Below are positions 10,054 to 19,103 of a stretch of 64,000 bases of DNA, in pieces. Positions within the stretch are counted from its first letter, which is position 1, and every line of letters begins with the position of its first letter. A model generated the notes under the pieces. The model did not search any database, was not told the DNA's origin, and worked only from the letters and a program-made list of their open reading frames with translations. This DNA is from an uncultured Candidatus Saccharibacteria bacterium. GTDB taxonomy: Bacteria > Patescibacteriota > Saccharimonadia > Saccharimonadales > JALRHH01. The stretch spans positions 23,857 to 87,856 of the forward strand of contig CAYYUY010000004.1 of assembly GCA_964474995.1 (NCBI GenBank). The letters are read 5' to 3'. The translations under genes were made by a program, and so were the position numbers.

Positions 10054-11350
10054 GTTGGAATTTCATGAGCACAGCGCTGTGGTCTGAACCAAAACGATTT
10101 GTTTGAATCGCTATATTCTGTGCAGTAACACCACTATTCATGCTATTCATTACGTAATCTATTAACCGCGTACGATCGAGATTAGTTCCACCACTTGGTG
10201 CACCAAGTTGCTGCCACCCACTCCGTATACCTTGTCTGTTCATGCGGGCGTAGGGGAAGTCTTTGTACTGAATCTTTGCATCATTACGATAATTAACGTT
10301 GAAGTCACCACTTACAAAGATAGGCAGATTAGTCTTCTGAAATGTATCGATTAATTGGTCAAGTTTATCCATGTGTCGCCTGTAATTGTTAAGACGCGCC
10401 GTCGTTCCTGTTGGTCTGCCGCCACTTTCTACCGAAGCGACTGGATGGGTATTAATTATGTAAAATTCACGGCTCGTAGCCCTGTCTTTTAATTTTGCCC
10501 AAGTTATCCATTTCGCAGAGAGATATTCATCGCCTGATCCTTCGGGCGGATTTGTCTGAATATAACCAGTACTAATACCAGTAAATTTATTTTTGTTCCA
10601 GACAATAGGGTTTGAAGCAGATGTTGGCCCATCACTTGTGTAGTCTTTGATATAACCTGAATATGTACAGCCACTGCATGTCATTAGCTTATCTCGGATA
10701 TTTTTACGTGCAGCCGGTCGGTACACCTCTTGGAAACTAATGATATCTGCACCATTTTGCGCAAGTCCTCTAGCACCGCTACCAACATTGCTGGCTGTAT
10801 TACTATAGAGAGTATTCCACGTTGCGATGCCAAATGTGCTTTTTATTTGCGCAGTGGTTGGTGGTGTTTGCGGGTCGGGGTCATTTGGTTCCACGAGTGG
10901 CGCTATTCCGATAGAATCATCCGAGCTCAGATCTGCTATAGGGTCAATGATTGATATGTCGGTTTGTCCTTGGTCGGGTGTTACATCGGTAGCTATATTG
11001 TTATCGGTACCTTGATCTGAGCTTGCGGGTACTTCTTCGTATTCATCGGCTACAGCATTGTTTTCTGATTTTTGATCTGGACCTAGAGTTTTATTGCTCA
11101 GTGTGAGGTTAGGTTTTGTTTGATTATTTGGTTGCATCGCCACCACTGATCCGATGATAAGCAGGGAAACCGGAATAATCGTTACGATGATAGCGAGAGG
11201 GTTACGTGCCAACATACTCGCTGTGTAGCGTTGAAAAATACTTTTTTGCGCAGCATAGGGATATGATCCACCATTCTCGGCGATGATAGCGTCGAGAGTC
11301 CGGTTGATATTGGAATCGTCGGTCGGTGGTAACTGAGCTTGATTTGTCAT
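10043..11350 (-). CDS. Membrane-anchored, probably extracytoplasmic endonuclease/exonuclease/phosphatase (EEP) family protein
   Basis: Cytoplasmic N-terminus, one TM (LAIIVTIIPVSLLIIGSVVA) and an acidic low-complexity linker. EEP-type motifs: IISFQEV, FYIINTH, VSGDFNV and the C-terminal GSDHSAVL. Confidence 0.7.
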   Translation of the reverse strand: MTNQAQLPPTDDSNINRTLDAIIAENGGSYPYAAQKSIFQRYTASMLARNPLAIIVTIIPVSLLIIGSVVAMQPNNQTKPNLTLSNKTLGPDQKSENNAVADEYEEVPASSDQGTDNNIATDVTPDQGQTDISIIDPIADLSSDDSIGIAPLVEPNDPDPQTPPTTAQIKSTFGIATWNTLYSNTASNVGSGARGLAQNGADIISFQEVYRPAARKNIRDKLMTCSGCTYSGYIKDYTSDGPTSASNPIVWNKNKFTGISTGYIQTNPPEGSGDEYLSAKWITWAKLKDRATSREFYIINTHPVASVESGGRPTGTTARLNNYRRHMDKLDQLIDTFQKTNLPIFVSGDFNVNYRNDAKIQYKDFPYARMNRQGIRSGWQQLGAPSGGTNLDRTRLIDYVMNSMNSGVTAQNIAIQTNRFGSDHSAVLMKFQLNK

Positions 11351-11494
11351 GTTTTTGTTTTGTTTGACTTATATATACAATAGCATTATTTATGAAAATT
11401 TGCAATGTTTTGTATTCATTCGGTATCAAGCAGGGTACATTGACAAATAAGCATAAAAATAGTAATATATATAAGATTTTCAAAAACAAAAAAC

Positions 11495-12046
11495 ATGAAT
11501 AATCCCGAAGCACCCAACCCAAGCGAATCAGTCGAACGCATTCCACCAGTACCAGCTACAGCGCTGGAGCTTCATATTGCCGCAGATATTTTGAGTAAAT
11601 CAGAATTGGAAAATGAGTATACTCTCAAAATCATAGAGGACTGCGTTGATGGCACATACGGCTCTGATTTTCTGTTAGCATTGGGTCACATAACCGCGGC
11701 TTACGACACGCTGAAAACTATTACAGAAGTAGTGAATGATCAATTGAATGCCAGTCAGCAGGCAATTATGGATGTCTATATGGATAACATGCATATAGAT
11801 GTCAGTAATCTCAACGCATATATACGCGAGCGCCCCGGGATACTTGTGGCCACCATTGATAACAAGGGAGAAGACGTTATTGAAATAGCTGCTGTCGAGG
11901 AATTGCTCGCAGAGGGCGAACTGCCACAAATTGGATTCGTGATGGATGGAACAGTGAGACGTAACGCATATAATGTTCAATGTATTGTTGAGTCGATGAA
12001 ACCCGAAGAGCAAGCGCTCATGCAAGAGATGATGCGGGACTACTAG
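11495..12046 (+). CDS. Hypothetical acidic protein
   Basis: 183-aa ORF divergent from the EEP gene across a very AT-rich 144-nt spacer. No motif recognised. Confidence 0.45.
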   Translation: MNNPEAPNPSESVERIPPVPATALELHIAADILSKSELENEYTLKIIEDCVDGTYGSDFLLALGHITAAYDTLKTITEVVNDQLNASQQAIMDVYMDNMHIDVSNLNAYIRERPGILVATIDNKGEDVIEIAAVEELLAEGELPQIGFVMDGTVRRNAYNVQCIVESMKPEEQALMQEMMRDY

Positions 12047-12070
12047 TTGTAGGCCGAAAGCTTATAGGCT

Positions 12071-12079
12071 TGCTATAAT
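12071..12079 (+). promoter_or_regulatory. Extended -10 promoter element (TGcTATAAT) for frr
   Basis: Read directly. Followed by a 24-nt leader with an AAGGAA SD. Confidence 0.45.
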
Positions 12080-12103
12080 AGTAGGCAGTAATTAAGGAAT
12101 TTC

Positions 12104-12667
12104 ATGAACCCATCCCAAGCAGTTAATAACGCTGACGACAAATTCAAAACGGCGGTGGCACATTTCCAGGAGGATCTCAAAAAAGTCCGGACAGGCCGCG
12201 CTCATCCAAGCATGCTCGATAGTGTCGTGGTAAAGGCGTATGGTGCCGATATGCCATTGATTCAGGTGGGTAACGTAACCGCTCCAGAAGGCCAATTGCT
12301 CCAGATTACACCATTCGATCCTGGAACGATTCAGGCAATTGCCAGTGCTATTCGTGATAATCCATCACTGGGGCTCAATCCATCAGATGATGGTCGTGTG
12401 GTGCGCGTGCCAATTCCACCACTCAATGAAGAGCGTCGCCGTGACTACGTTAAGATTGTTGGCAGCAAGCTTGAAGATTGCATGGTTGCACTGCGTAACA
12501 TTCGCCGTGAAGCAATGGATGCCATTGATGCTGCAAAAAAGGGCAAAGAGATTGGCGAAGATGAAGCCAAGCGCCTCCAAAAGCAAACTGACGACAACAT
12601 GAGTCAGTACAAATCACAGGCCGAGGCTGCCGCCAAGGCAAAAGAACAAGAAATCCTTACCGTATAA
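12104..12667 (+). CDS. frr: Ribosome recycling factor
   Basis: FKTAVAHFQEDLKKVRTGRAHPSMLD, ITPFD and LNEERRRDYVK are typical RRF blocks. Confidence 0.95.
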   Translation: MNPSQAVNNADDKFKTAVAHFQEDLKKVRTGRAHPSMLDSVVVKAYGADMPLIQVGNVTAPEGQLLQITPFDPGTIQAIASAIRDNPSLGLNPSDDGRVVRVPIPPLNEERRRDYVKIVGSKLEDCMVALRNIRREAMDAIDAAKKGKEIGEDEAKRLQKQTDDNMSQYKSQAEAAAKAKEQEILTV

Positions 12668-12696
12668 ACAGTAGTCCTATATACTTGGTACCATAA

Positions 12697-13392
12697 ATGA
12701 CTGAAGCTACTGCTATCCCTGCGCATTTGGGCATGATCCTTGACGGCAATCGCCGTTGGGCGAAGGAGCATGGCCTGCCAACATTGGAGGGTCACCGTAA
12801 GGGTGCCGACAATCTCCACGACATCGCTGTTTGTGCATTTGACAGGGGTGTGCAGTACGTTTCGGCCTATGTATTTTCGACTGAAAATTGGCAACGTACC
12901 GAAAAAGAAGTTAATTATTTGATGGGCTTGGTGTCCAAGATGCTGGATCGCTACCTTGATGAATTTCACGAGCGTGGCATTCGTGTAGTGGTACTTGGCC
13001 GCCGCGAAGGACTGCGCCGCAAGGTGCTAGATTCGCTAACGAAGTCTGAAGAGCAGACCGCCAACAATACTAAAGGTACGTTGGCTTTTTGTTTTAACTA
13101 CGGCGGACGTGAAGAAATCGTCGACGCAGCTAAACAGCTAATCGCAGCTGGAACGGCAGCTGATGAGATTACACCTGCATTGTTTGACGAGATGCTCTAT
13201 CACCCAGAAGTACCGCCAGTTGATTTATTGGTAAGAACGTCGGGCGAGCATCGGCTGAGTGGTTTTATGTTGTGGCGAGCAGCATATGCAGAACTGCTAT
13301 TTACAGATAAATATTGGCCAGATTACTCGGAAGAGGATTTGGATGAAGCGCTGGCTGAATATGCCAGCCGTAAACGGAGGTTTGGGAAATAA
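12697..13392 (+). CDS. uppS: Undecaprenyl diphosphate synthase (cis-prenyltransferase)
   Basis: HLGMILDGNRRWA, FSTENWQR and RTSGEHRLSGFMLWRAAYAEL. Confidence 0.95.
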   Translation: MTEATAIPAHLGMILDGNRRWAKEHGLPTLEGHRKGADNLHDIAVCAFDRGVQYVSAYVFSTENWQRTEKEVNYLMGLVSKMLDRYLDEFHERGIRVVVLGRREGLRRKVLDSLTKSEEQTANNTKGTLAFCFNYGGREEIVDAAKQLIAAGTAADEITPALFDEMLYHPEVPPVDLLVRTSGEHRLSGFMLWRAAYAELLFTDKYWPDYSEEDLDEALAEYASRKRRFGK

Positions 13393-14600
13393 TGGTGGTA
13401 TTTTTACTGATTTTGGGACTTATTTTATTCATCGGACTTGTTGTAGTCCATGAACTGGGGCACTTCATCGTGGCGCGGCGAAACGGCGTCGAAGCTGAAG
13501 AATTCGGCATCGGATTTCCACCTCGTATCTGGAAAAAACGTATCAAAAGCGACAAGGGTGACTTTGATTTTACAATCAATGCCTTGCCACTGGGTGGCTT
13601 TGTAAAACTTAAGGGTGAGCATGACTCTGATACGGCAAAGGGTAGCTTTGGTGCGGCGTCAACCAAAGTAAAATCCAAGATCATGCTGGCTGGTGTAGTG
13701 ATGAACCTCGTTACCGCGTTGATACTATTCACGATTATCGGCCTCATCGGTATGCCAAAATTAATCACTAAAGACAGTGGCTTTATCAAAGAAGATCAGT
13801 TCACTATCAAAAGTGATGAACACCTCAAATCTCGTCAAGTGCTCATTTCGCAAGTGGAACCTGGATCGCCAGCTGCCAAGGCAGGACTGCTGCCACTTGA
13901 TCAGATAGAAGGTATCGGCCCAGTTGGTAGCCCAATACACGATATTAGTTACGTCAGTTCACTTTCTCCACAGACAAAGCAGTTTGCAGGCCAAAAGGTA
14001 ACGGTTGAGTACAGACGTCATGACAAAGTGCTGCAGACAGATCTACAGCTTCGTAGCGCCAGTGAAGTGAATGCTAGTATTGATTCCACTGGTTTTCCAA
14101 CTAAGGGATACCTGGGTGTTGTACCGTCGCAGTTTGAATCACATCGCTACACCTGGTCTGCGCCAATCGTAGCTGTCGGATTATCGGCTCAGATAACCAA
14201 GCTGACATTTCAGGCGTTGGGTACTGCGCTCCACGGGCTGGGGAGCACTATTGCAGGTCTTGTAACGTTCAACCACGATGCACGCTCGCATGGGCAGGAA
14301 AAAGCCTCTGAACAGGTGAGTGGGCCCGTTGGTATATTCTTTGTACTCAAGGCTGGTGCGCAGCAGGGACTCATGATGGTACTGTTCATTATTGCACTTA
14401 TATCGTTGACGCTGGCGATCATGAACGTGTTGCCAATTCCGGCCCTTGATGGTGGACGATTATTCCTGACACTTATCTTCCGTGCGCTCAAAAAACCACT
14501 AACACAAGGGGTTGAAGAAGCAGTCGTTGGTATCAGTTTTGCGGCCCTGATGCTGCTGTTCTTACTGATTACCGTTGTCGACGTAAAGCGATTCTTCTAA
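13392..14600 (+). CDS. rseP: RIP site-2 metalloprotease RseP (M50) with PDZ domain
   Basis: HELGHF zinc motif, PDZ-like GSPAAKAGLLPLDQI and C-terminal NVLPIPALDGG. The ATG overlaps the uppS TAA by 1 nt. Confidence 0.9.
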   Translation: MVVFLLILGLILFIGLVVVHELGHFIVARRNGVEAEEFGIGFPPRIWKKRIKSDKGDFDFTINALPLGGFVKLKGEHDSDTAKGSFGAASTKVKSKIMLAGVVMNLVTALILFTIIGLIGMPKLITKDSGFIKEDQFTIKSDEHLKSRQVLISQVEPGSPAAKAGLLPLDQIEGIGPVGSPIHDISYVSSLSPQTKQFAGQKVTVEYRRHDKVLQTDLQLRSASEVNASIDSTGFPTKGYLGVVPSQFESHRYTWSAPIVAVGLSAQITKLTFQALGTALHGLGSTIAGLVTFNHDARSHGQEKASEQVSGPVGIFFVLKAGAQQGLMMVLFIIALISLTLAIMNVLPIPALDGGRLFLTLIFRALKKPLTQGVEEAVVGISFAALMLLFLLITVVDVKRFF

Positions 14601-14606
14601 GGTAAT

Positions 14607-15458
14607 ATGAGCGATTTGCTCCATCAACCACTACTAGTCGCAATATTGCTGCCACTTTTTGGTCTGGGTCTGTATGGTTTTGTGTCGTTGTTCATCTTGC
14701 GCAAGGAAGTTGACGAACAGAAGGTAAACTGGTCACCACTTGAAGCGGTCGGCATTACTATTGCAGTGTACTTTGTGTCACAGATTGTCGGTGGCTTACT
14801 ACTCGGTGGCTATCTTGGTCTCATGCATCAAAATACTGATGCAATTCAGGAGACACTTTCAACTTCAAACAGCGCGCAGTTTGTATTTGTACTCCTAGTG
14901 GAGGCGATCACCGCTGCTACTATTTTGTGGTTCGTGAAGCGGCGTAAAACACCCCTGCGCACTATTGGACTTGTCCGGCCAAAGCCACATGATATCTTGA
15001 GTACAATTGGTGGATTTGCGGCCTATTTTGTCATCTATGTGGCGATTATCACGGTTGTATCGATGTTGGTGCCTGGGCTCAATCTGAACCAGAAACAAGA
15101 CCTGGGATTTAGCACCGATACTGCAAAGAATGGCTTAGTACTGGTGTTTATTAGTCTTGTTGTCCTGCCGCCGCTTGTCGAAGAGCTGCTATGTCGGGGT
15201 TTCCTGTACAGTGGTCTCCGTACAAAGCTGTCGTTTGTACCAGCAGCGGTTATAACCAGTGTGTTATTTGCGAGTGCGCACTTGCAGGCTGGCAGTGGAA
15301 ACGCGCTACTATGGGTCGCCGCTCTTGATACCTTTACGCTGTCATTGGTGCTTGTATACTTACGCGAAAAGACCGGTAGCTTGTGGCCGGGCATCGGGTT
15401 GCATATGCTCAAGAACTTTGTGGCGTTCATGGCACTGTTTGTGTTTCACTCAAGTTAA
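14607..15458 (+). CDS. CPBP (CAAX) family intramembrane metalloprotease
   Basis: Multi-TM protein with EELLCRGF and FASAHL motifs. Confidence 0.8.
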   Translation: MSDLLHQPLLVAILLPLFGLGLYGFVSLFILRKEVDEQKVNWSPLEAVGITIAVYFVSQIVGGLLLGGYLGLMHQNTDAIQETLSTSNSAQFVFVLLVEAITAATILWFVKRRKTPLRTIGLVRPKPHDILSTIGGFAAYFVIYVAIITVVSMLVPGLNLNQKQDLGFSTDTAKNGLVLVFISLVVLPPLVEELLCRGFLYSGLRTKLSFVPAAVITSVLFASAHLQAGSGNALLWVAALDTFTLSLVLVYLREKTGSLWPGIGLHMLKNFVAFMALFVFHSS

Positions 15459-15608
15459 GTAGTGGACTGGGCTGCTCTTTGGCCCAAAATAAGGTACAAT
15501 CATCTCAGATGAACTACCGTCTTATTCACATTGCCCCAACAATTCCGGCCCCGAGGCCGTAGTTTTTATATTTCTAGCTTTTTATTTTGATTAACGGAGA
15601 CAATTCTG

Positions 15609-16856
15609 ATGAGACTGACAAAACTTTTTACGAAAACACGCAAACAGGCGCCAGCTGATGAAACAGCCAAAAACGCGCAACTATTGATCCAGGCTGGATT
15701 TATTCACAAGGAAATGGCCGGAGCCTATGCATTCTTGCCACTCGGTAAGCGTGTGCTCGACAACGTCGTGCAGATTATTCGTGAAGAGATGAATGCGCTT
15801 GGTGGCCAAGAGATTAGCATGACTGCATTGCAGCCAAAAGACCTTTGGGAGAAGACCGACCGTTGGGACGATAAGAAAGTCGACAACTGGTTCAAGATTG
15901 AGGTTAACGGTGGTGGTGAAGCTGGGCTGGCAATTACGCACGAGGAACCAATTACCAACATGCTCACGCCATTTATTAGTTCGTACAAAGATTTACCAAT
16001 GAGCGTGTATCAGTTTCAGACTAAATTTCGTAACGAGATGCGTGCCAAGAGCGGTCTGATGCGTGGACGTGAGTTCTTGATGAAAGACTTGTACTCATTT
16101 AATACCGACAAAGCTGCACACGATGCATTTTACGAGCAGGCCACAGAAGCCTACAAGAAAGTCTTTACTCGGCTTGGCATCGGAGATAGTACCTATGTCA
16201 CGTTTGCGAGTGGCGGCATCTTCGCACCCTTTAGTCACGAATTCCAAACATTGAGCGATGTGGGTGAAGATACAATCTACGTGCACGAAGGTAAGGGCAT
16301 TGCTATCAACCAAGAAGTTTATACCGATGAAGTCTTGGCAGAACTGGGTGTGGCCAAGGACGAGCTGATCGAAAAAACTGCTGTCGAAGTCGGCAACATT
16401 TTTACACTCGGTACAAAGTTCTCTGAGCCACTGGGTCTTGTCTATACCGACGAAGCAGGTAACCCTCAACCAGTGTTTATGGGTTCATACGGCATTGGTC
16501 CAAGCCGTTTGGTTGGATTGTTGGCTGAGCATTTTTCCGACGAGAAGGGGCTTGTGTGGCCCGAGAACGTTGCGCCATTCAAGGTCTATCTAGCCCCACT
16601 TGGTAATGACGAAGCAGTTACCAAGGCCGCAGATGAACTATATGAGCAATTGACATCACAAAACGTTACGGTACTATATGATGACCGTGATGCACGGCCA
16701 GGGGAGAAATTCGCTGATGCTGATCTCATGGGTATTCCGTATCGTGTCGTGGTGAGTGCCAAGACAATCGCAGCTGGCGCGCACGAGCTCAAACGGCGCA
16801 CCGAGGCAGAAGCAAGTGCAGTTAGCACTGAAGAACTGCTCAAAGTGCTTATCTAA
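15609..16856 (+). CDS. proS: Prolyl-tRNA synthetase, compact form without INS editing domain
   Basis: Class II motifs: FRNEMRAKSGLMRGREFLMKD (motif 2) and GSYGIGPSRL (motif 3). C-terminal anticodon-binding domain. Only 415 aa. Confidence 0.9.
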   Translation: MRLTKLFTKTRKQAPADETAKNAQLLIQAGFIHKEMAGAYAFLPLGKRVLDNVVQIIREEMNALGGQEISMTALQPKDLWEKTDRWDDKKVDNWFKIEVNGGGEAGLAITHEEPITNMLTPFISSYKDLPMSVYQFQTKFRNEMRAKSGLMRGREFLMKDLYSFNTDKAAHDAFYEQATEAYKKVFTRLGIGDSTYVTFASGGIFAPFSHEFQTLSDVGEDTIYVHEGKGIAINQEVYTDEVLAELGVAKDELIEKTAVEVGNIFTLGTKFSEPLGLVYTDEAGNPQPVFMGSYGIGPSRLVGLLAEHFSDEKGLVWPENVAPFKVYLAPLGNDEAVTKAADELYEQLTSQNVTVLYDDRDARPGEKFADADLMGIPYRVVVSAKTIAAGAHELKRRTEAEASAVSTEELLKVLI

Positions 16857-16877
16857 GTTTCGTTAACCGTAACAAAT

Positions 16878-16886
16878 TGTTATAAT
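16878..16886 (+). promoter_or_regulatory. Extended -10 element (TGtTATAAT) upstream of greA
   Basis: Read directly. The leader contains the small hairpin GTGCCaacaGGCAC and an AAAGGAG SD. Confidence 0.45.
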
Positions 16887-16936
16887 CTGATTAATCCGAA
16901 AATACCGTGCCAACAGGCACACCAAAGGAGAACCAT

Positions 16937-17395
16937 ATGAAGAAATTATTCCATCTGACCAAAGAAGGGGTTACTACCCTAGAGGCTGAGCTAAAGGCTC
17001 TCATTGCTGATCGTTTGCCAGTTGCTGACAAGATCAAGACTGCTCGTGAGTTTGGTGATCTTTCCGAGAACGCTGAATACCAAACTGCACGTCAGGAGCA
17101 GGAAAAGCTTGAGTCACGCATATCGGAAGTCGAACACATCCTTCAGAACGTTGAAGTTATTGCCAAGCCTAAAGGTGATGGTAAGGTTCAGCTTGGCTCT
17201 ACGGTAACCCTCAAGGGCGCAGCTGGCTCAAAGCAGTTCCAGGTTGTTGGTACGGTTGAAGCCGACCCGCTGAATGGCAAAATCTCTGATGAGTCACCAA
17301 TCGGTCAGGCACTCCTTGGCAAAAAGCTTGGCGACGAAGTCGAGATCAAGACACCTGCTGAAACAGCTGTCTACAAAATCGCTGAAATTTCTTAG
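16937..17395 (+). CDS. greA: Transcription elongation factor GreA
   Basis: GDLSENAEYQTARQEQ coiled-coil tip motif. The ATG at 16937 is preceded by AAAGGAG. Confidence 0.9.
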   Translation: MKKLFHLTKEGVTTLEAELKALIADRLPVADKIKTAREFGDLSENAEYQTARQEQEKLESRISEVEHILQNVEVIAKPKGDGKVQLGSTVTLKGAAGSKQFQVVGTVEADPLNGKISDESPIGQALLGKKLGDEVEIKTPAETAVYKIAEIS

Positions 17396-17414
17396 TACTT
17401 CTACACAGGTTTCT

Positions 17415-17447
17415 AAATAGACCCTATCAGAGGGTCTATTTTTATTT
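17415..17447 (+). terminator. Rho-independent terminator after greA
   Basis: ATAGACCCT (17417-17425) / AGGGTCTAT (17431-17439), followed by TTTTTATTT. Confidence 0.75.
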
Positions 17448-17487
17448 GGTAAGATTCACGACACTGGCTAACAGAGAGAAATTACCG

Positions 17488-17493
17488 TATAAT
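17488..17493 (+). promoter_or_regulatory. -10 box TATAAT 11 nt upstream of the lysS ATG (no SD)
   Basis: Read directly. Confidence 0.4.
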
Positions 17494-17504
17494 GGCCTTG
17501 AATT

Positions 17505-19037
17505 ATGCAGTGGCTAAATACAATTGTCGACGAGCTTATCACCCGCCATCCGGAGGGTGAGATTATCGTTTCTTCTGGAGTTTCGCCCTCAGGTACGTAC
17601 CACTTAGGTACGCTGCGTGAAGTACTGACTGCCGAGGTAGTACTTCGTGAAGTCAGGCGCCGTGGGCGTACTGCACGTCATTACCACGTAGTAGATGACC
17701 TCGACATCTTTCGTAAGGTACCTGTAGACGTTTCAGCGAACTTTGAACAGTATCTCGGCAAGCCACTCTGTGACGTCCCGGCACCTGATGGGTCTGACCG
17801 TTCGTATGCCGACTACTTCTTGGCTGACTTAACAACCGCAGCCGAAGGTCTCCACCTCGAAATGGAGGTTGTTAGGGCTCACGAGAAATACCGCAGTGGT
17901 TACTTTGTACCAGTAATCGAGAAAGCCCTCTCAAACATTGATGTCATACGTAAGATACTCGAAGATATATCGGGCCGTGAGTTGAATGATCAGTGGTCAC
18001 CAGTACAAGTCGTTGAGAATGGTTACCTCAAGAATCGTCGATTTATCAGCATTGATACATCATCTCAGCAGATTACCTACGAGAATGGTACTGGTGAGCC
18101 TGCAGACGTGAGCTATGCCCACGGAGAAGTGAAGCTCAACTGGCGTATCGATTGGCCAGCGCGTTGGTCGCTACTAGACGTCCATGCCGAGCCATTTGGT
18201 CGTGATCATGCAACAAAAGGTGGCTCCTATGACACTGGCGTAGAAATCGTGAAGCAAGTATATGGTGGTACCGCACCGATTCCGATTCCTTATAACTTCA
18301 TCAACAAAACGGGTGATACAAAAAAGATGAGTAAAAGCGCTGGCGACACCGTCACCGCGGCTGATCTGCTCAAAGTGCTACCTGCCGAAGTGGTGTGGTT
18401 CTTTATCCTTCGGTATAGTCCCGACAAATTACTCACTTTTGATGAAGGCCCAACACTTATGCGTTTATTTGATGAGTTTAGTGAGCTGTTATCAAAGCCG
18501 GACAAGACACCCGGTGAGCAGCAGCTACTCGACATATGTTTGCAGGGTGTGACACAGCAGACAGTCAGTCAAATTCCATTTACACACCTCGTTGCCAGCT
18601 ACCAATCAGCGCTCAAAGACGCAGACAAGACAATCGAAATTATTGGCCGCACCGAACACGGCGATGGTGCGCGGGCTGAGGCGGATATTATCCGGGCTGA
18701 ACTGAAGTTTATTGATGAATGGCTCGAGAGTCGTGCCCCAGAAGATGTTAAGTTTTCATTGCAGAATACATTCGATGTGACTGGCTTTGAGGACCGTGAA
18801 AAGCAACTTTTCACAGAGTTGGCTGCCAAGGTTGCTGCTGCCCCAGCCGATGCTGACGGCGCGTGGTTTCACAATGCAATCTATGAATGCCGCGAGACGA
18901 CCGGTCTTGGTCCAAAGGATATGTTTCAGGCACTCTACCGACTTATTATTGGCCAGACATCTGGCCCACGAGCAGGCTGGTTCCTGAGTATCTTACCGCG
19001 TGACTGGCTACTAGCCCGACTTCGGCTCGAACAATAA
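17505..19037 (+). CDS. lysS: Lysyl-tRNA synthetase, class I type
   Basis: Class I signatures: PSGTYHLGTLRE (HIGH-like) and KKMSKSAGD (KMSKS). At 510 aa the length is typical of class I LysRS. No class II motifs. Confidence 0.85.
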   Translation: MQWLNTIVDELITRHPEGEIIVSSGVSPSGTYHLGTLREVLTAEVVLREVRRRGRTARHYHVVDDLDIFRKVPVDVSANFEQYLGKPLCDVPAPDGSDRSYADYFLADLTTAAEGLHLEMEVVRAHEKYRSGYFVPVIEKALSNIDVIRKILEDISGRELNDQWSPVQVVENGYLKNRRFISIDTSSQQITYENGTGEPADVSYAHGEVKLNWRIDWPARWSLLDVHAEPFGRDHATKGGSYDTGVEIVKQVYGGTAPIPIPYNFINKTGDTKKMSKSAGDTVTAADLLKVLPAEVVWFFILRYSPDKLLTFDEGPTLMRLFDEFSELLSKPDKTPGEQQLLDICLQGVTQQTVSQIPFTHLVASYQSALKDADKTIEIIGRTEHGDGARAEADIIRAELKFIDEWLESRAPEDVKFSLQNTFDVTGFEDREKQLFTELAAKVAAAPADADGAWFHNAIYECRETTGLGPKDMFQALYRLIIGQTSGPRAGWFLSILPRDWLLARLRLEQ

Positions 19038-19103
19038 GTATTACCCCTGTTGGACGACTAATTGACCAGGAGAGTATACTGGTATTATTAGCGAATAATA
19101 AAT

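Noticed and set aside
15459-15608. 150-nt leader upstream of proS as a possible T-box or other riboswitch
   Set aside because: It is too short for a T-box, and no specifier or T-box consensus was seen. Only a small CGGCC/GGCCG hairpin with a T-run is present, probably the terminator of the upstream gene.
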